Shown here: one piece after another, positions 49,521-63,797 of the stretch
Layout of the letters: the number at the start of each line of letters is the position of its first letter
How positions within the stretch are numbered: the stretch's first letter is position 1
From: the human T2T-CHM13v2.0 reference genome, Homo sapiens
Assembly (NCBI RefSeq): GCF_009914755.1
Contig: NC_060927.1
DNA: 64,000 nucleotides
Reading direction: 5' to 3' (one strand)
Made by a program: the position numbers and the translations under genes
Notes under the pieces: generated by a model
What the model was told of the DNA's origin: nothing
The model's input: only the letters and a program-made list of their open reading frames with translations
Database searches by the model: none

Positions 49521-49694
49521 AGGGAAGTGTTCTAAAAAAATCAACTTGGCTCTAAAGACAGGATTCTCAATGACATTAGCTGGTTAGGAGAAACATTTCC
49601 TATAGTCTGTAATACTATTCATTTGTTTAAGATCTATATTTAGGACCTCAGCCAGGAGTCCGAACACAAGCAGAATCTCTAGGCCACATCATGC

Positions 49695-49925
49695 ATGGAA
49701 AAAGCCTAGGTATCAGAGACAGCAAAGATTTTGGGTTGAATGCTGACCTCACCACTTACTAGCCATGCATTCTTGGACAATTTACTTAGCCTTAATTAGG
49801 TTCAGTTTCCCTATATGTAAAATGGATATAATTTCTTTCCCACAGGTTCTATGCATAAAAGAGTAAATGAGACAATATAGAGAGAGTATATAATATCTAT
49901 CATATAGTAGGTGTGCAATACATGT
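49695..49925 (+). mobile_element. MIR SINE
   Basis: ccacttactagccatgcattcttggacaatttactt...cagtttccctatatgtaaaatgg. Confidence 0.65.
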
Positions 49926-51393
49926 GTTTCATTTTCTTTCCTAGGAAGAGTTGAATCCTAGAAGTATAAAATACAAATCATCATTTAAATATTATAAGAA
50001 TTATATGTAACATATGTAGTGTATGTATGGATGTAAACATGATATGTTGAAAACAAGAAGCAACTGATGGGTTCAAGAGTGTTGTAAAGGAAAGTAATTT
50101 ATGAATGGCAGCCCTAAAAGAACAGTCACTTCTATTTAAAACTTTTGGAGTATTAACCTAATCATTAATATTAAATAAAAATAATTGTTTGAAAACCTTT
50201 TTAGGTCTAACATTTACAGATGAAATATTCATTGCACCAGAGAAAGCCCAGATTGCAGTTCTTCATCATCTAAGAACTCCTTGCTGCCGAAGAGCCCTTT
50301 CCCATTGGGCCAGACACCCTCTTCAGGCTCAAACTCTACCAGGCTAATTGGGAACTCTAGGTTTCTAAAGCTATTTGCATGTCAGAGTTGCTAAGAGGAA
50401 AATGAGTACCAAAAGCGCCCCCCGCCCCCGCCGCCAGCCCTCCCCCTCCCCCTGCAAATACAACTACTCTTGTATAACCTACAAAGAGGCAGAATGCAGT
50501 CCAAAGGAAAAATTGTTCAAGTAAAGAGAACCCGCCAAGAGTGGCAGCTTCCTGGAGATATAAAAGCAAAAGCTGAGATTTTCCCATCTGGGATGCTAAA
50601 GAGATGAAGGGTGGTGATCCCTGACTCTGTGATGGGTTGGAATGGGTAATCCTTCCCAATAGACCTTCCAACTACAAAATATTCTAAAGATGCCACTAGA
50701 TTATGTTGAACCAAATCACAGTATACTTGGACACAGAAAGAGGAAAAAGAAAAATATATATTAAATTTCCATCTCAATGACACAAATCAATATAAGCAAA
50801 ATTTTCTCTTTATCTGACCTAAACATGTATCACTACTGATTATCATTATTTTTTATTATCTTTTGATTTAGAATAGGCCTCTGGCAAATAAAAAGTCCTC
50901 TGCCTCTATAATTTCTTCATCTATACATTTTTCCCAAGGCCTCTTCCCTGACACCCCTCCCATATGGTCATATTGGCTAAGATTTTCCTGCAGTAGAAAC
51001 ACTTTTCCCAGTAATAGAACATTAGATGACAGAAACATCCCCTTGATTTAGGAAAGCTCAAAATCAAGCTCCCTGAAAGATCCGTTACACAGTGAAAGGA
51101 TTCTCACCATAAACTAATGCATTGACAAAAGGTTTAACTAGGTGAGGTTCTGCGCAAATGCTCAAAATTCCTTTGACCTCCACTTTAAGGAAGACCTCTG
51201 CTTACTTCAGCTTCACTGTAATAGTGGCCAGATGTCAAACCAAGAAAATAGCTGCTTCAAGAGAAGGAACTTGTTGAAACTGACATTGAAAAGCCAGGGA
51301 AACTAACAAACACCAGGAACAATGGATGCTTTCGATGCTACTTTATAGTCGCGATGATAAGGTGATAAGGAGGGTGGCGTGAGTGGTACTAAC

Positions 51394-51496
51394 CGTGGAT
51401 ATCCGGCGCCATAGTTTCATGGGGATAGTCTTCGCTCTTCATGAACAGCAGAAGCTCCTCTCCCGGCGCAATGTCTGCAACTACTCTATAGAATAT
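51394..51496 (-). CDS. MECOM: MECOM exon 4 (103 nt), end of PR domain (IFYRVVADIAPGEELLLF) and EVI1 start codon at 51442 (MKSEDY...)
   Basis: Acceptor TTTAAAG|ATA and donor ACG|GTTAGT; in frame with exon 3. Confidence 0.96.
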
Positions 51497-52707
51497 CTTT
51501 AAAGACAAAATAAAGGTGGATGGAATCAGGAAAGAGAGAGATGTATATATATTAACAAAGGGCAAGATATACACTAAGATACCTGTACAAACACCTTAAC
51601 AAACATCTTTTTCTTTTTCTTTTTTATCAAAAGAAGTGTGATTTCCTGTTTTATATATTGAAAACCAGCCCTCTGGTGACAAATGGAAAGCTGTGACTCT
51701 CAAGCCAGTTCACAAATCTTTTCCAAATCCTACTTCACAAATCAAATTTTCTTAATGCAAGGCTAGCTGCGTCACATATATCCTGTGTAATGTTTAACGA
51801 AGAACTTTCCCTTCTCTGAATCCTCAAAGCACCCTAGCAAACCACACGTACTCACAGAGTTGAATCCTGCCTGGAATTCTCCAGCAGTAGCCTAGCTTAC
51901 CTTGTACCTTCCCCACTTAAGCAAGTTTGCAAAAGTAGCGCCTTCTCAACAACGTGTTTGGAAGGTAATAGGTTGAAAGGACATGACATAAAGGATCATG
52001 ACAACAAAGGAGAGTATTTTGTTTTTCAAAACTTAACCCCTCTCTCACCAATCAGAAGGGTGCTCCCATACCAGGGTCCTGCCCTCAGGCCCAGCTCCTG
52101 ATCCTCTCTCTTTGAAAGTAGGCATTATGCATTTTATTGATTCATTTATTGGGGTGGTGGGGGTGGTGCTTATTCCCCTTGCTTTCTAGCAAAGTGCTGA
52201 GGAGAGGAAGCATTTAATAAATCTGTTAATGACTGACTCAAAAGCAGTGGAGCAAGTGTGGAAAGAACCCTGACCTGAAATTTCCAAGAGCCACTGCCTT
52301 TCTCCTGAGCAGCTTGGTGACTTAGGCAAGTCATTGTCCAACTTACCTGTCCAGGGACCAGGTTTTTTGTTTTTTGGTTTTTGTTCATTTAAAAAAGCTT
52401 TTAAGCATGAAAATCTTTAGATGTTTATTCATTCTACCATAAAAATGTCATCAGTTTTTTTTCATTCTAAGGTTATTTATTAAACAATCCCATAATCAGA
52501 TAGAGGTTTTAGAAGAAAGAATGAAGTTCTACGATTAACTGGTGAAAATGAGACCAATTATATTATACCACAGTATCTTTGCAAAACCCTAGAGTACTCT
52601 GAGAAGGAAATTATTCCTTTGCCTCATATATTCTTCTCTCTCTTTAACAGTGCCAATAAGTCTTTTCTCCCAATCTTCCTAAGAATGTCCACAAACAGAA
52701 TCAATCT

Positions 52708-53016
52708 CTTTTTTCTTTTCTTTTTTTTTTTTTTTGAGACAGGGTCTCAATCTGTTGCCCAGGCTGGGGTACAGTGGCATGATCACAGCTCACAGCAGCC
52801 TCAACCTCCCTGGGCTCTGGTGATCCTACTACCTCAGCCACCTGAGTAGCTGGGACTACAGCATGCAACACCACACCCAGCTAATTTTTGTATTTTTTGG
52901 TAGAGATGGGATTTCACTGTGTTACTCTGGCTGGTCTCGAACTCCTGGGCTCAAGCAATCTGCCCATCTAGGCCTCTCAACGTCCTAGGATTACAAGTAA
53001 GCCACTGCACCCAGCC
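52708..53016 (-). mobile_element. Alu (J-like) with TSD
   Basis: Reverse Alu; TSD cagaatcaatct at 52696-52707 and 53017-53028. Confidence 0.93.
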
Positions 53017-53076
53017 CAGAATCAATCTTATTAAGCCAAAAAAGTCCAGATTCTAAATATCTGAGCAAAACACATA

Positions 53077-53098
53077 CACACACACACACACACACACA
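53077..53098. repeat. (CA)11 microsatellite
   Basis: Directly visible in the sequence. Confidence 0.9.
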
Positions 53099-56000
53099 TA
53101 CACTACCAAAACAATAACACAACAACCACCATCATATTCTAAGAATATATTCTTAGAAGATATTACTGTTAACTATGGTTTTTTGCAAGATCACATGATA
53201 TTTCAAACTAAGAAAAGCTGCATAAGTTGATGTCTTATAAGATCAGCAGAAATGCTCATACTTTAATTTTATTTATCTATTTATATTTTGGAAAGATGAG
53301 AACTTTGTACGTGCCTCTTTATTCCAGTAGGTGGCTCTAAAGTCCAATTGTTTATTTTTCTATAACAAGACCGGAGCACAAAATTGTGCTAAATTTGAAA
53401 AATAACTTAATGAGGAGTATTTTCTGCTTAGCTTCTTTCCTGTCAAAATAAAATAATTTTTTTTCATTCAATAGTAGTTGAACCACCTGAAGCTGGTTTA
53501 TAGAAAACAATGCTAAACATAAAATGTTGCTATAATATGTTATAATATAACCTAAGATTCTTTGTATTTGTCCACAGATAGAATCCAGACTAACTTGGCA
53601 AAATTACTCCTCATTATGTGCTGTTTCTATAAAAAAAATAGTTTATTTGCACTTTGTATCCTATTAACCCTAGCTGTTCACATTTTCTTTTCCTTGGAAG
53701 TACACTGAGAACAGTTCTTTTTAAAGATTACCAGATTTAAAATAATAATAAAATAATGTGTGAGTTTGCTTTTTTCCCCTAAACTTTCCAGTTAAATACT
53801 TATAAGTACACTGTTTCATTCTGGAGTTCTATTTCCCCTTAGAAAACAATGGACTTCTCTCAACAGTTTGAATCACCTCTTTTTTTGGCATCTCTCAAAG
53901 GTTTAACTTATTAGCTTCCTTTCCAACAACATGTTGACATTTGAATTGTGACATATTAGAACTTTTCGGTGGCTTCTCGGAAATAGTGAGGTTAAAGAGA
54001 CAATACCCTACAAGACAGTAAAACAGTGCAATTGTCTCTATTGGGGAATACTACTTAGACACACGTCAGGTCATTTTAAGAGAGTATTATGATATCATTA
54101 TTTCTTTGTAGTCCACTATTAATCATGTCTCTTTTAATTCCATTTTAGATTTACTCAATCCAATGTGAACAGTCTAAGAAACAAAAGAAATTGATGGATA
54201 CACTGTAACTATATATTATAAAGACAATTCTCTTTGCCAAGACATAGATCACTACTGTAATTTCCCTTTAAGAGTCCAGATTGTCATGTGAAGAATATTG
54301 AGTGCATACAAAATAAAAGACACGGAAGAGTGTTGATGTTGGCTTTATTTACTGGAGGTAAAAGGTGACATTCCAAGCCATGAAAGGCAAAGAAAAGCAA
54401 AGTGGATTTTAACTTCAGGGTGTTCTTTTCAATTTTAAGTGAGTTTTTATGGTGCTCATGAAACTGAGGTTTGAAAAGAACTGGCAAGCGCCAGATATAA
54501 TGAGGGCAGATTCTGGGCATGCTTCCCCATATAGCAATAAGAATGTCCCTCGAAGTTCCATTTGCCATACCCTTACCAAGCTAGTCCTTTTCTCAAGGTG
54601 TTTCTACCACCTGATCTTCATTACCTCTCATCCCTTAGGGTTTTGGAGACACTTAAGCAACATTGTTTTCCTCTTCTAATTACAATGGCCCAAAAGTATA
54701 ATTTGAATCCTTGAATCTAGGGATGTCTACATATAAATTTAATTTACTTTCTAATAACATTAATGGTATGCCAGCAGGCATTTGAGAAGAGACAGGAGTA
54801 ATTTAAATGAAAACAAAATGAAAATTTGTAGCCCTGAAACAATATAGTGGGGAAATGATGGGATGTCATCTTAGAGGAATCAGGCCTTTCAGAAAATATA
54901 CTTTTATGTTATAAAATAGATCTTTCAGCAAATAAAAATGCAACAAAGGAGTGATTTATATAGATTTTCTCACATATTTGTATATAATAAGTATGTTTGA
55001 CCATGCTTATAAAATAGAGTTATAATGTCTTTAAAATCTGTATTCTCAAAATCTTGAGTATATTGCAGTCCAGTGAATTACATACCATCTGTGTTATGTG
55101 CCATAAGCAGAGACACTACTAATATAACTCTCTCATTTTTGTGTTGGAGAAAAATGGAAGGGAGTCAATTAATCTGTTAAGTTCCATAAAACAGTTAATA
55201 ATGGGTCTCTTCTCCTATCAGGGTTTTATGTAAAAAGTTCTCTGGATTCAAAATAAAAATATCCTGGATCTGAAATTTTGTAATGAATATACCCCCAATA
55301 AATAAAGAGAGGTTCAAAAATATTCAACACTTAGAAAATTTTGAGTTAATATGAAAAGGTTGTTCATTTGTTATTTTTGCTCTCTCTCTCAGAATGTTCT
55401 ATGAGAAGAAAAAACTCAATTCTTCCCAATATAAGGTGAAAGACAAGAAGAATGGGGCCTATAAGAAAATAGATTATATGGAAATTCCATTTTTTTAAAA
55501 AGTCATAATAAATATTTTAAAACCGTGTTAACTCCTCCAAAACTTTCTATTTGGTAGCTAATACCAAAATCCAGAAGCACAACATGTTATGAACTAACCT
55601 AACTCCCATACATCTGAAACTTTTGCCAGTTGAGATGGTTTTTTCATTTTATCACATAAAAAATTAAATTTTCCCAGTATCTTGCTAGACTCTTTTTATT
55701 TTTCTATGAAGCAATATTTGTGCCTTTGTAAGTATGAATATTATATTTGGATCTCTGGATACCTCAATTTATAAGGATAAGTTTTTATAGTAAATGTTTT
55801 AGTAACAGATTTCTTCATGTTCTTTTATTTTTAAAATTTGTTCAAATAGCACACTAGTGAAATTTCTAAATGTTTATTTAAAATTCTAAATGATTCAAGT
55901 AGTTGAAAAGTAAAACTAGAAATCCAAAATTGTTCAGTTTTACCACTGGTAAAACCCACAGCTTAAGGCATAATTATAATATTATACATGTATATAGAAA

Positions 56001-59000
56001 TTAAATGCCCTAAACAGAATTATTATAATTAATTTATTTTAATCAAACCCTGAAAGCAATTCCAAATGCAAAGAGAATATCCATTCAGCTAATACTCACA
56101 AGGCTAAGTTAAGTATAAAAGACAGTGGTGATATGAAATTGATTGAGCAAATTTAGACTTCCAAACTGTACATTTTCATGTGGTGTTATTTATAAATATA
56201 AATGTGCTTAGATATATTACATATTTTATAATTTGACATAAACATGGCAAAGTATATGTTTTGGAGAAATTTTTAAATTTTCATATTAGTAATCTCATGT
56301 ATATAATTCTATATAATAAGAATGAATGCTTCATGGCACATGATTAATTCTTATTATATATCATACAAGTTATATGTAATTATATATTATGTTTTATAAA
56401 ATTTATATTATATATACTTGGAATTAGAATTAATCATATATCATTATTCATTTTATTTGGTTAAGTCCAAGATGACAGCAGTAAAGCAGGCATAGACACT
56501 CATAAGCACTTTGATAGGAAAGTTAATATGCCATAAAAGACTTTCAGTCTAACTCTGTTTTATACTTTGAAGGACTGCTTTCAACCAAATCCTCTATCAT
56601 TAGTTTTTTCAAATGGTAATCAGGTGGGTCTTGTTCATTATACTAGAGAACAAAAATCTGGAATCTGTCAGATTCTTTATCTGTGGATTGATTTGAAGTA
56701 TTATGTTTGTATTGTTGAGACAGAAAAGTTCTGCACACAAGGGGGAAAATAAGAAAGAAGGAAAACACATTTACTTTTAAAAAGATGAACAAGGCTTTAT
56801 TGTTATGAATCCCCGTTTATTTTTCCTGATCAAACACTGGAAGTTTTATTTATGCTTAATAGACTGCATTTGGCATGTCTAAAAATGACAGAAGCGTGAA
56901 TTATGAATGACCTTCAACCTATGCAGGAAGTTGTAATAATTGAAATAATAGAGAAATATACTCCCAGCAAAATCTGTACTGAGAGAAAACCTTTTCTGGC
57001 TATTGGTGTCTTTTCACTTTGAAGTTAACAGTTGATTTCTTCCTCTTCCAGCTCCCAACATTTGGCCTAAATGCTTTATTTTCTATACCTTCATTCAATA
57101 TACTTTCTGAAGACAAGGAAAAGCTGAATGGAACTTCAGCAATTGGAGGGTGGGTAGGAGAGGAGGTAGGTAGCCGTTTGCATGTTTGAACAAAGTCAGC
57201 ATTTCATATGGACATATCTGTCAGTCTTGGTACTGCAGAGAGGTGGCATCAAGTCTACAGATACAATATATGCATTAGGAAACATAGTCTGGACCCTGAT
57301 CTATCCATAGTAATGTGGGAAACTCCAATTCAGGAATGATGTAAATTTTAATAGGAGTATCTGCAGGAAGGATCCTATTATACATTCTGAGCCTAATTAA
57401 TAAGAGGTAAAGAGAAGTGTCTTCAGCAGAGATTGATGACTGAACATAAATTTGTTCAACACTATGGAAGCTTTATCATGGCTAAGCATTGCCAAAGCAA
57501 ATCACCCTTAGTTTCTCCAAAGAAAAAGTATCCCATATTTGTCTTCAGGGTCACAGTCTAAAGACAAGAAAATATTAATTGAAAAAGATCAAGTACTGCC
57601 TTGCTATATCCACTTCCTAAATGAAAAATATGACTCCACGAGACCAAGATATCTTTGGTGTGGAATTTTTTTCTTCTCCACATCTTTATCTCTTTGTCAG
57701 TAACATGAAGAGAAAACCAAGTATAACTTATTGAATGAAACAAAACAGAGAGAGAATTGTTAGTTCTAGTTTGCATAAATACGGCAATTGATAAAGATGC
57801 ACATTATTATACACGAAGCTTACAGTGTACCCAGCCTGAAAGCCTTGCAAGATGTCTCCTTAAATAACCTCTGAGGGTCTATCTACAGACCCCCCAAAAA
57901 TATCCATTAGCCACCTGTCTTTAATGTGGTCATTTCATCTGACTGTATAAAAACTGATGTTCATTTTGAATGGTTTCCAAACCTTTGGGAAGAGTTCCAT
58001 CATTACATTACAAAGAAGCTAAAAAGATCATCTTTGGTGTTTTACTTGGCTGGAGGCTTCTCTTGTGTCCTTGACCAAAACATTATCCTCCTTCATGGCT
58101 TGTAAAGCATTCTTATGACTTTTATATGCCCTCCCAGAAATAGTTACAGTCTATTGTGTATGTGATGCTTTGTGATCTTCCTGAATGAAAGGCGATATAT
58201 ACATGCAAACACTAACTACTTAAAATGTACACTTAATACTTCAGGTCACCCTCTCTTTCAACTTATGCAGTTTGTGAATCTTAACAAAAATCCTAGCGTT
58301 ATGTCAGTGTTGCATCCTAGGTATTGTTACATGAAGGAAACTTCACTGGGGCAGGGGATGAGGTGATGTTTGTTTTATGATGTAAAAATCAAATGGCAAA
58401 CTATGTTTGAAAGAGTTTCATCTTCAGGTGAAGGAAGTAACTTGTCAGCCAGACAACATCCCCCCAAAGTCAGCTTAGGCACTGTTCACAAAGCCAGTCT
58501 CTGGGTATTGCCAGCTGGCATTCATCTTAAAACAGCAGAGCATAACTTTGGTATAAAAGTGGAACTTGACTTAAAAGCAAAGCAAAGAAAATGCCCAAAG
58601 CCAATAATAACTTTAACATCAAAAGAAGTGGTACAAAATGTGGACAGATACCCTTGTAAAGGAAGAGCAAATTAACAAATTACCTGACAGTAGACACAAA
58701 CATTTTTAAAAAGTATAAAGAGGGTAACAAATTACATTTTTGCAGTATACATAGCTAATCTACCTTGCTGTTTTGCACAAATTGTACTAATCGAAAGATG
58801 CAGGAAAGTGGATTTTTTTTCATAGTAAAATCCAAAGAAAATAATAATTGAGCCCATAATAAGCTCACAATAAAATGCTGTTCTAGTGTCACAGCAGTCT
58901 GATATAATCATTCACGTGGACCTAAGGAGAGCGAACGCGGGGTGCCACATCAGCTAGGATCGTCCTGGAAGCAGTTAAAACTTTATAAGGTAAAGCACAA

Positions 59001-59450
59001 ATGAGAACAATGCCTGTTCCAACTGAAAACACTGTAGAGTCTTGTTGCCGTTCATTAACCACAAGGGAGCTGGCAGAATCCTTAAGTGAATTCTGACTTT
59101 GTATTCTCTGAGGGGCACTCATTCTTCTGTAACTCATTTCTTCAAAATATACATCAGGCATTAGATAATCTCTTATCGACACATTTCTTTTTATTCAGAG
59201 TGAACAGCAGACTTCTCTTTTTCTACTTACTAAATACCAGCTGTCAAGGGCCTACTTAAAAATGAAAGGACTTATCACCTTGTGTAAATGACAAGATTAA
59301 TAATGTCTTGGGTTTCTGAGAACTTTATTCTACTCATAGACCATGTTAGGGCAGGCCAGGAGTGTGTTCCTTCTTATGGTACAGAATACACACACACTTA
59401 CATATACAAAACATTATCCCAAAGTACTCGCCCAGATCATTCTAACTATC

Positions 59451-59564
59451 AGTGGAAAGGCAGATTTCATTTAAGTCTAAAAAGTCAACTTACATAAATT
59501 GTATTAATTGTAAGTGGAAAGGCAGGTCTCATTTAAATCTAAAAAGCCAACTTAGGTAAATTGT
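59451..59564. repeat. Diverged tandem duplication, 62-bp period
   Basis: agtggaaaggcag...taaattgt at 59451 and 59513; 46 of 52 aligned bases are identical. Confidence 0.9.
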
Positions 59565-62500
59565 GTCTTAGTGACTCTCTGATTATTACCAATATGTTTT
59601 CACTATGAAGATGTATTAGAGTAAAGCTGTTGTGTCCAGAGAACTACTCCATAAGTACCCAAACTTTGTGAATCTATTCAAACATGAGAACTGGCCTTGT
59701 CTGAGGTGGATGGGGGTCTATGGGTAGGTAGCCCTGGTTCTGATCCAGGCGAAGGGTATATGTGGGGTCAAAAGGAGACTTATCAAAGGATGGAGAGAGA
59801 GGTGAGAACAGGGTGAGACCGACCAAACCTAAAGCAATGAGTTATGTCCACCAATCAAAATGGTTTGTAAAAGTAAGACAGCTACAAGACTTTAAAGGAA
59901 AGAATATCTAAATAACTAGTTTTCTTTAAAAAAAAAAAACAATATATCATGTAGATGTTTGGTTTACTTCACATTAAACACATAGGTGCTTCTGTATGTA
60001 AATGAAACCTCTGAATAATGAAAAAAAAACATTTTTATGCTTCCTCTCTATATTGGTCCTCTTGAGGACCTAGTCTGGAAAGAGATTTCCTTAACCAACT
60101 CTCTGCTTTTGCTCCTACCCTGCTCTGCCTTTCAGGGCCAATTCTTGCTCCTGAAAGCAACCAAGGATAATTTCAGGTTGTTAGAATGTAAATATTTAAG
60201 CATTGTCTGTCTCAGTAAAAATTTCCAGCTAAACACCGTGCCACAGCCATAGACCTATGTAGCATTGTAGAGAAACTTTAAGGGAAAAATAATTAGAATG
60301 TTAAGGATAAAGAGACTTGGGTATCTTTAATGGATCTATTATTTTATGACTTGAGTGTGACTGTGACTCAATTGACTAGTGTCTTTGGTATAGCTTCTTT
60401 CATAGAGGTAAATTACTGTAGTTAATACATTTTTTCAGGGGTGAATAAAGATATCAGTCAGAAGCCACAGCTACTTAGAAATTATGGTTTAGCAGTGATG
60501 TCAATGTTTTCAGAATGTGCATCTCCAAAAACATCACTGCAATAATTTTGGAAGCATGAAATGAAAGAGACGTCTAAAATCACAAAACTTGAGTCTTTCT
60601 AGGCAGCACTGACAAGAAAGAAAGCTGCCACAAAGCTCATTCTGTCTGAAAAAAAAAAAATCTGAAATGAAATAACTCACAGAAATCTACTGGAAAATTT
60701 AAACTACTCAGGAAAATTTCCTTAAATAAAATGCTGGTAGAAAGGTATGGGGAAAGTGGTAACTGGGTTGCTTTCATTTTTATTTTTTCTGATACAAAAT
60801 AGATTACATCTTTTATCAACTTTACTTAAAAACCAAAATCCATGCTGTTTCTAGAACTTCTTCACCCACAAAGAAATCAAATACAGGTTATCCAGCATAC
60901 AACATTTTGACTGTCCTTCTACTATCAAACTGTATTATAATCTTAGCAAGCACATTTATTTTCTTTAATATGGCTCCTCCATATCATTAAAAACTGATCT
61001 GAATTGATTAAACTTGATCTTTTAACATTAGAATTTTTAAAAATATGTATCTTTGAAAAAGTAAAGTTCAATTTATACACTCTTGTTTTGTCCTGGGTAA
61101 TCTTTTTATTTCTTTGTTAGATGACCTAATTATTACCATGACTAACTTGCAATTGAAAACTTCATCTCAAATTCCGTTTTTTTAGAGTCCAGGATTTATA
61201 CCTGTCTTGCTCTAAAATTCACTTGATAAACTTTATCCGTATCTAAAAATCAGAGCAAAGAGAAACACTTTTTATAATTTCTTGTAGAGCGTTCCATTTG
61301 CTTTTGTGTTAGACAGGTGAGTTGATGTCATTAATGCTTAATAATTACTCCTATACCAGGGTCTCTCTCTATAGCTAAATATTAAATAATACCTCCCACA
61401 ATGGGAGTGTTCATTATGTGATGAGTTGTGCTTATTCACCATTTGGCAGCTCCTATTCCTCATGGAAAAGAGAGCAAAAAACAGACCTAGAGAATCTCTT
61501 TAGTCAGCTCTTTTATCATTGTACCTAGTCCAACATTCACATTTCAAAGCTGTCTAGAATTGCTAGTTTTAATTGGATTTTAGAATATTCATATGTGCTT
61601 ATAGGTGAATATGCTTATAATATATGCATACACTATTTGGGTGTCTCTTCCCTTTTGTCTTGTCAATTGGGCTAAGAGTGATTGTATACATCTACACGTA
61701 TCATACAAATCTGACTTTTACCTCTGACTTTCCTCCCTTGTTGTTTATGGATGAATTTACTTGAATTTCACAATTACATTATTTGATATGCATTCTGTTA
61801 GCATCTTAGATTTCTGTCAGCATAAGAGTTAAAAATTACCACTTAAGAAAAATGTGTGTCTAATATTGTCCTTGTCTGTTTTCCCAGATTAAGTATTTTC
61901 TCTGATTCTTTAGTCAAAATAAGTAAACACGCTATTCATTAAGTCATAAAACTGGCATATTTTCTTTTGAAAACAATGGATTTTACAATGTATATTTCAA
62001 AAGCAACTATGGTAAAATTATAAATGCCTACTCTAATGAGTAGCCTAATTCATAGTGAGAAACAGGAAAACAGTTTCCCTTTGCAATCAAGATTCCCAAT
62101 ACGAGTACATTTATTATAAAACACTACACACATAAATATTAAATGAAAAAATGGCTGCAAATAGACTTAGATTGGCTACAAGTCCCGTTCTTAAATCATC
62201 TTTTCACGGATTCTACAACAGTTTTATCTGTCTAAGGAAATAGCTTCCATTGTCAATAAATATGAACAGCAAACAATTATTATGATATGATTATATTATT
62301 TCATCTTAAAGCTATCATTTGAGGTCCTCCAGTTCCTTTTGTAAGGAGTATAACATTAATTCACTCACAATACCTATGTATTTCTCACATCTACAGATAG
62401 TAGGTACTCAAAAAATATCTGTTGTTGATGGCGACAGTAACTCATATGATAGACGGAATATTTTCTGTTCACAATCAATAGCTAATTTAATAATGTTTTC

Positions 62501-63662
62501 CCTTGTCAATAATTCCTCTTGTTTTCTTATAGCAAGGAGAAAAAACAATTGATTGGTTTATTATTTTTGATATATGTTGAAGATTTTTAAATGATTTCCA
62601 TTTAAACCTAATTTTACAATTTACTACCTCTTACACCGTTTAGTCAGTAAAAATTATCTGGTAGCTGGTACGATGCCAAAGAATAATCTCATAATAATGA
62701 ATGAAATAGAGTCTTAGACCAATTGACAGTAGCTTTATTTAAGTTTTCAATTGGAAACATTTAATTTAAACTATTCTTCTTCTTGATGGTGATTTCATAG
62801 TAGATTTGCCAAGCAACCACTTCAATATGGTCTTTGAAACATATTTGATTTAGGAAACCATTGGGTTAAGAGAAATAAATGATTATAACATAATTAAATT
62901 CTAGCTCAACAATGTTTATAAAACAAAAATTAATGGGCTGAATTTCTTGTTATTTTAGGTATTGTCATATGATATTACAAGATTCATAACCTAATTTTAT
63001 TAAGTGTAAAATATGTTTCACGATATTTTCATGATCTTTATTTCACAGTTATTGTTATTAAAGTCAACCTCACTGCATGGTCCTCCATAATGTCACAAAG
63101 CAGTTTCCAGCAGGGTTATTTTTAAACTTTTTAACATATACCAAAAAAAGTATTTTAATTAATCTAAAAGTAAGTGTTCTCATTTATAATTAGGCAAATC
63201 AATATAAAATGCATAATTAGATAAGATAACACTGATACTATGCATATACATTTCAAATAAAACCTATATAACATTTCAAGTATATCACTTCCAATTTCTG
63301 CATAAATTCACAAGATGTTCTTGATTAGCTCAATACCTTTTATGAATGTACCTACTATGATAGCAAAGAAAAACTGAACGGTAGGCAGTAATAATACTCA
63401 GTTTTTAAATCAGTCACACCAAGAAAACTGGTGCATTTATGAAGGATACTAGTACAAACTGAATAGACTACCCAAAGAATGTAAAGAAAGTAGTACTAAA
63501 TATGAATTTGTTCTGCATTTTACTTATATTTGTGCATTATCTTTCACAATATCAACAAACAGGCCACAAGGGTCTACTGCAGCTTACTGTTATTTTTATT
63601 CTTCAGGCTCCAGTGATACTTTTGTGCTCTCAAGGAAAGACAAGAAAATCTTTACAACATAC

Positions 63663-63797
63663 CTGATCATTTATCTGGCATGCAACAAGGTTGTGCTGAT
63701 CATAACAGCCAGCGAATCTAATGTACTTGAGCCAGCTTCCAACATCTGGTTGACTGGCATCTATGCAGAACTTCACATTGTAAAATTCGTCTAAGAT
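63663..63797 (-). CDS. MECOM: MECOM exon 3 (135 nt), PR-domain segment ILDEFYNVKF...VACQINDQ; upstream of the MKSEDY start of short EVI1
   Basis: Acceptor CTTCCCTCCAG|ATC and donor CAG|GTATGT; 45 codons with the PR/SET-like motif GSWLKYIRFA. Confidence 0.96.

Noticed and set aside
51497-51574. Open frame extending upstream of exon 4 (MYILPF...)
   Set aside because: It starts at GTG rather than ATG and runs through the acceptor region; most likely a chance absence of stops.
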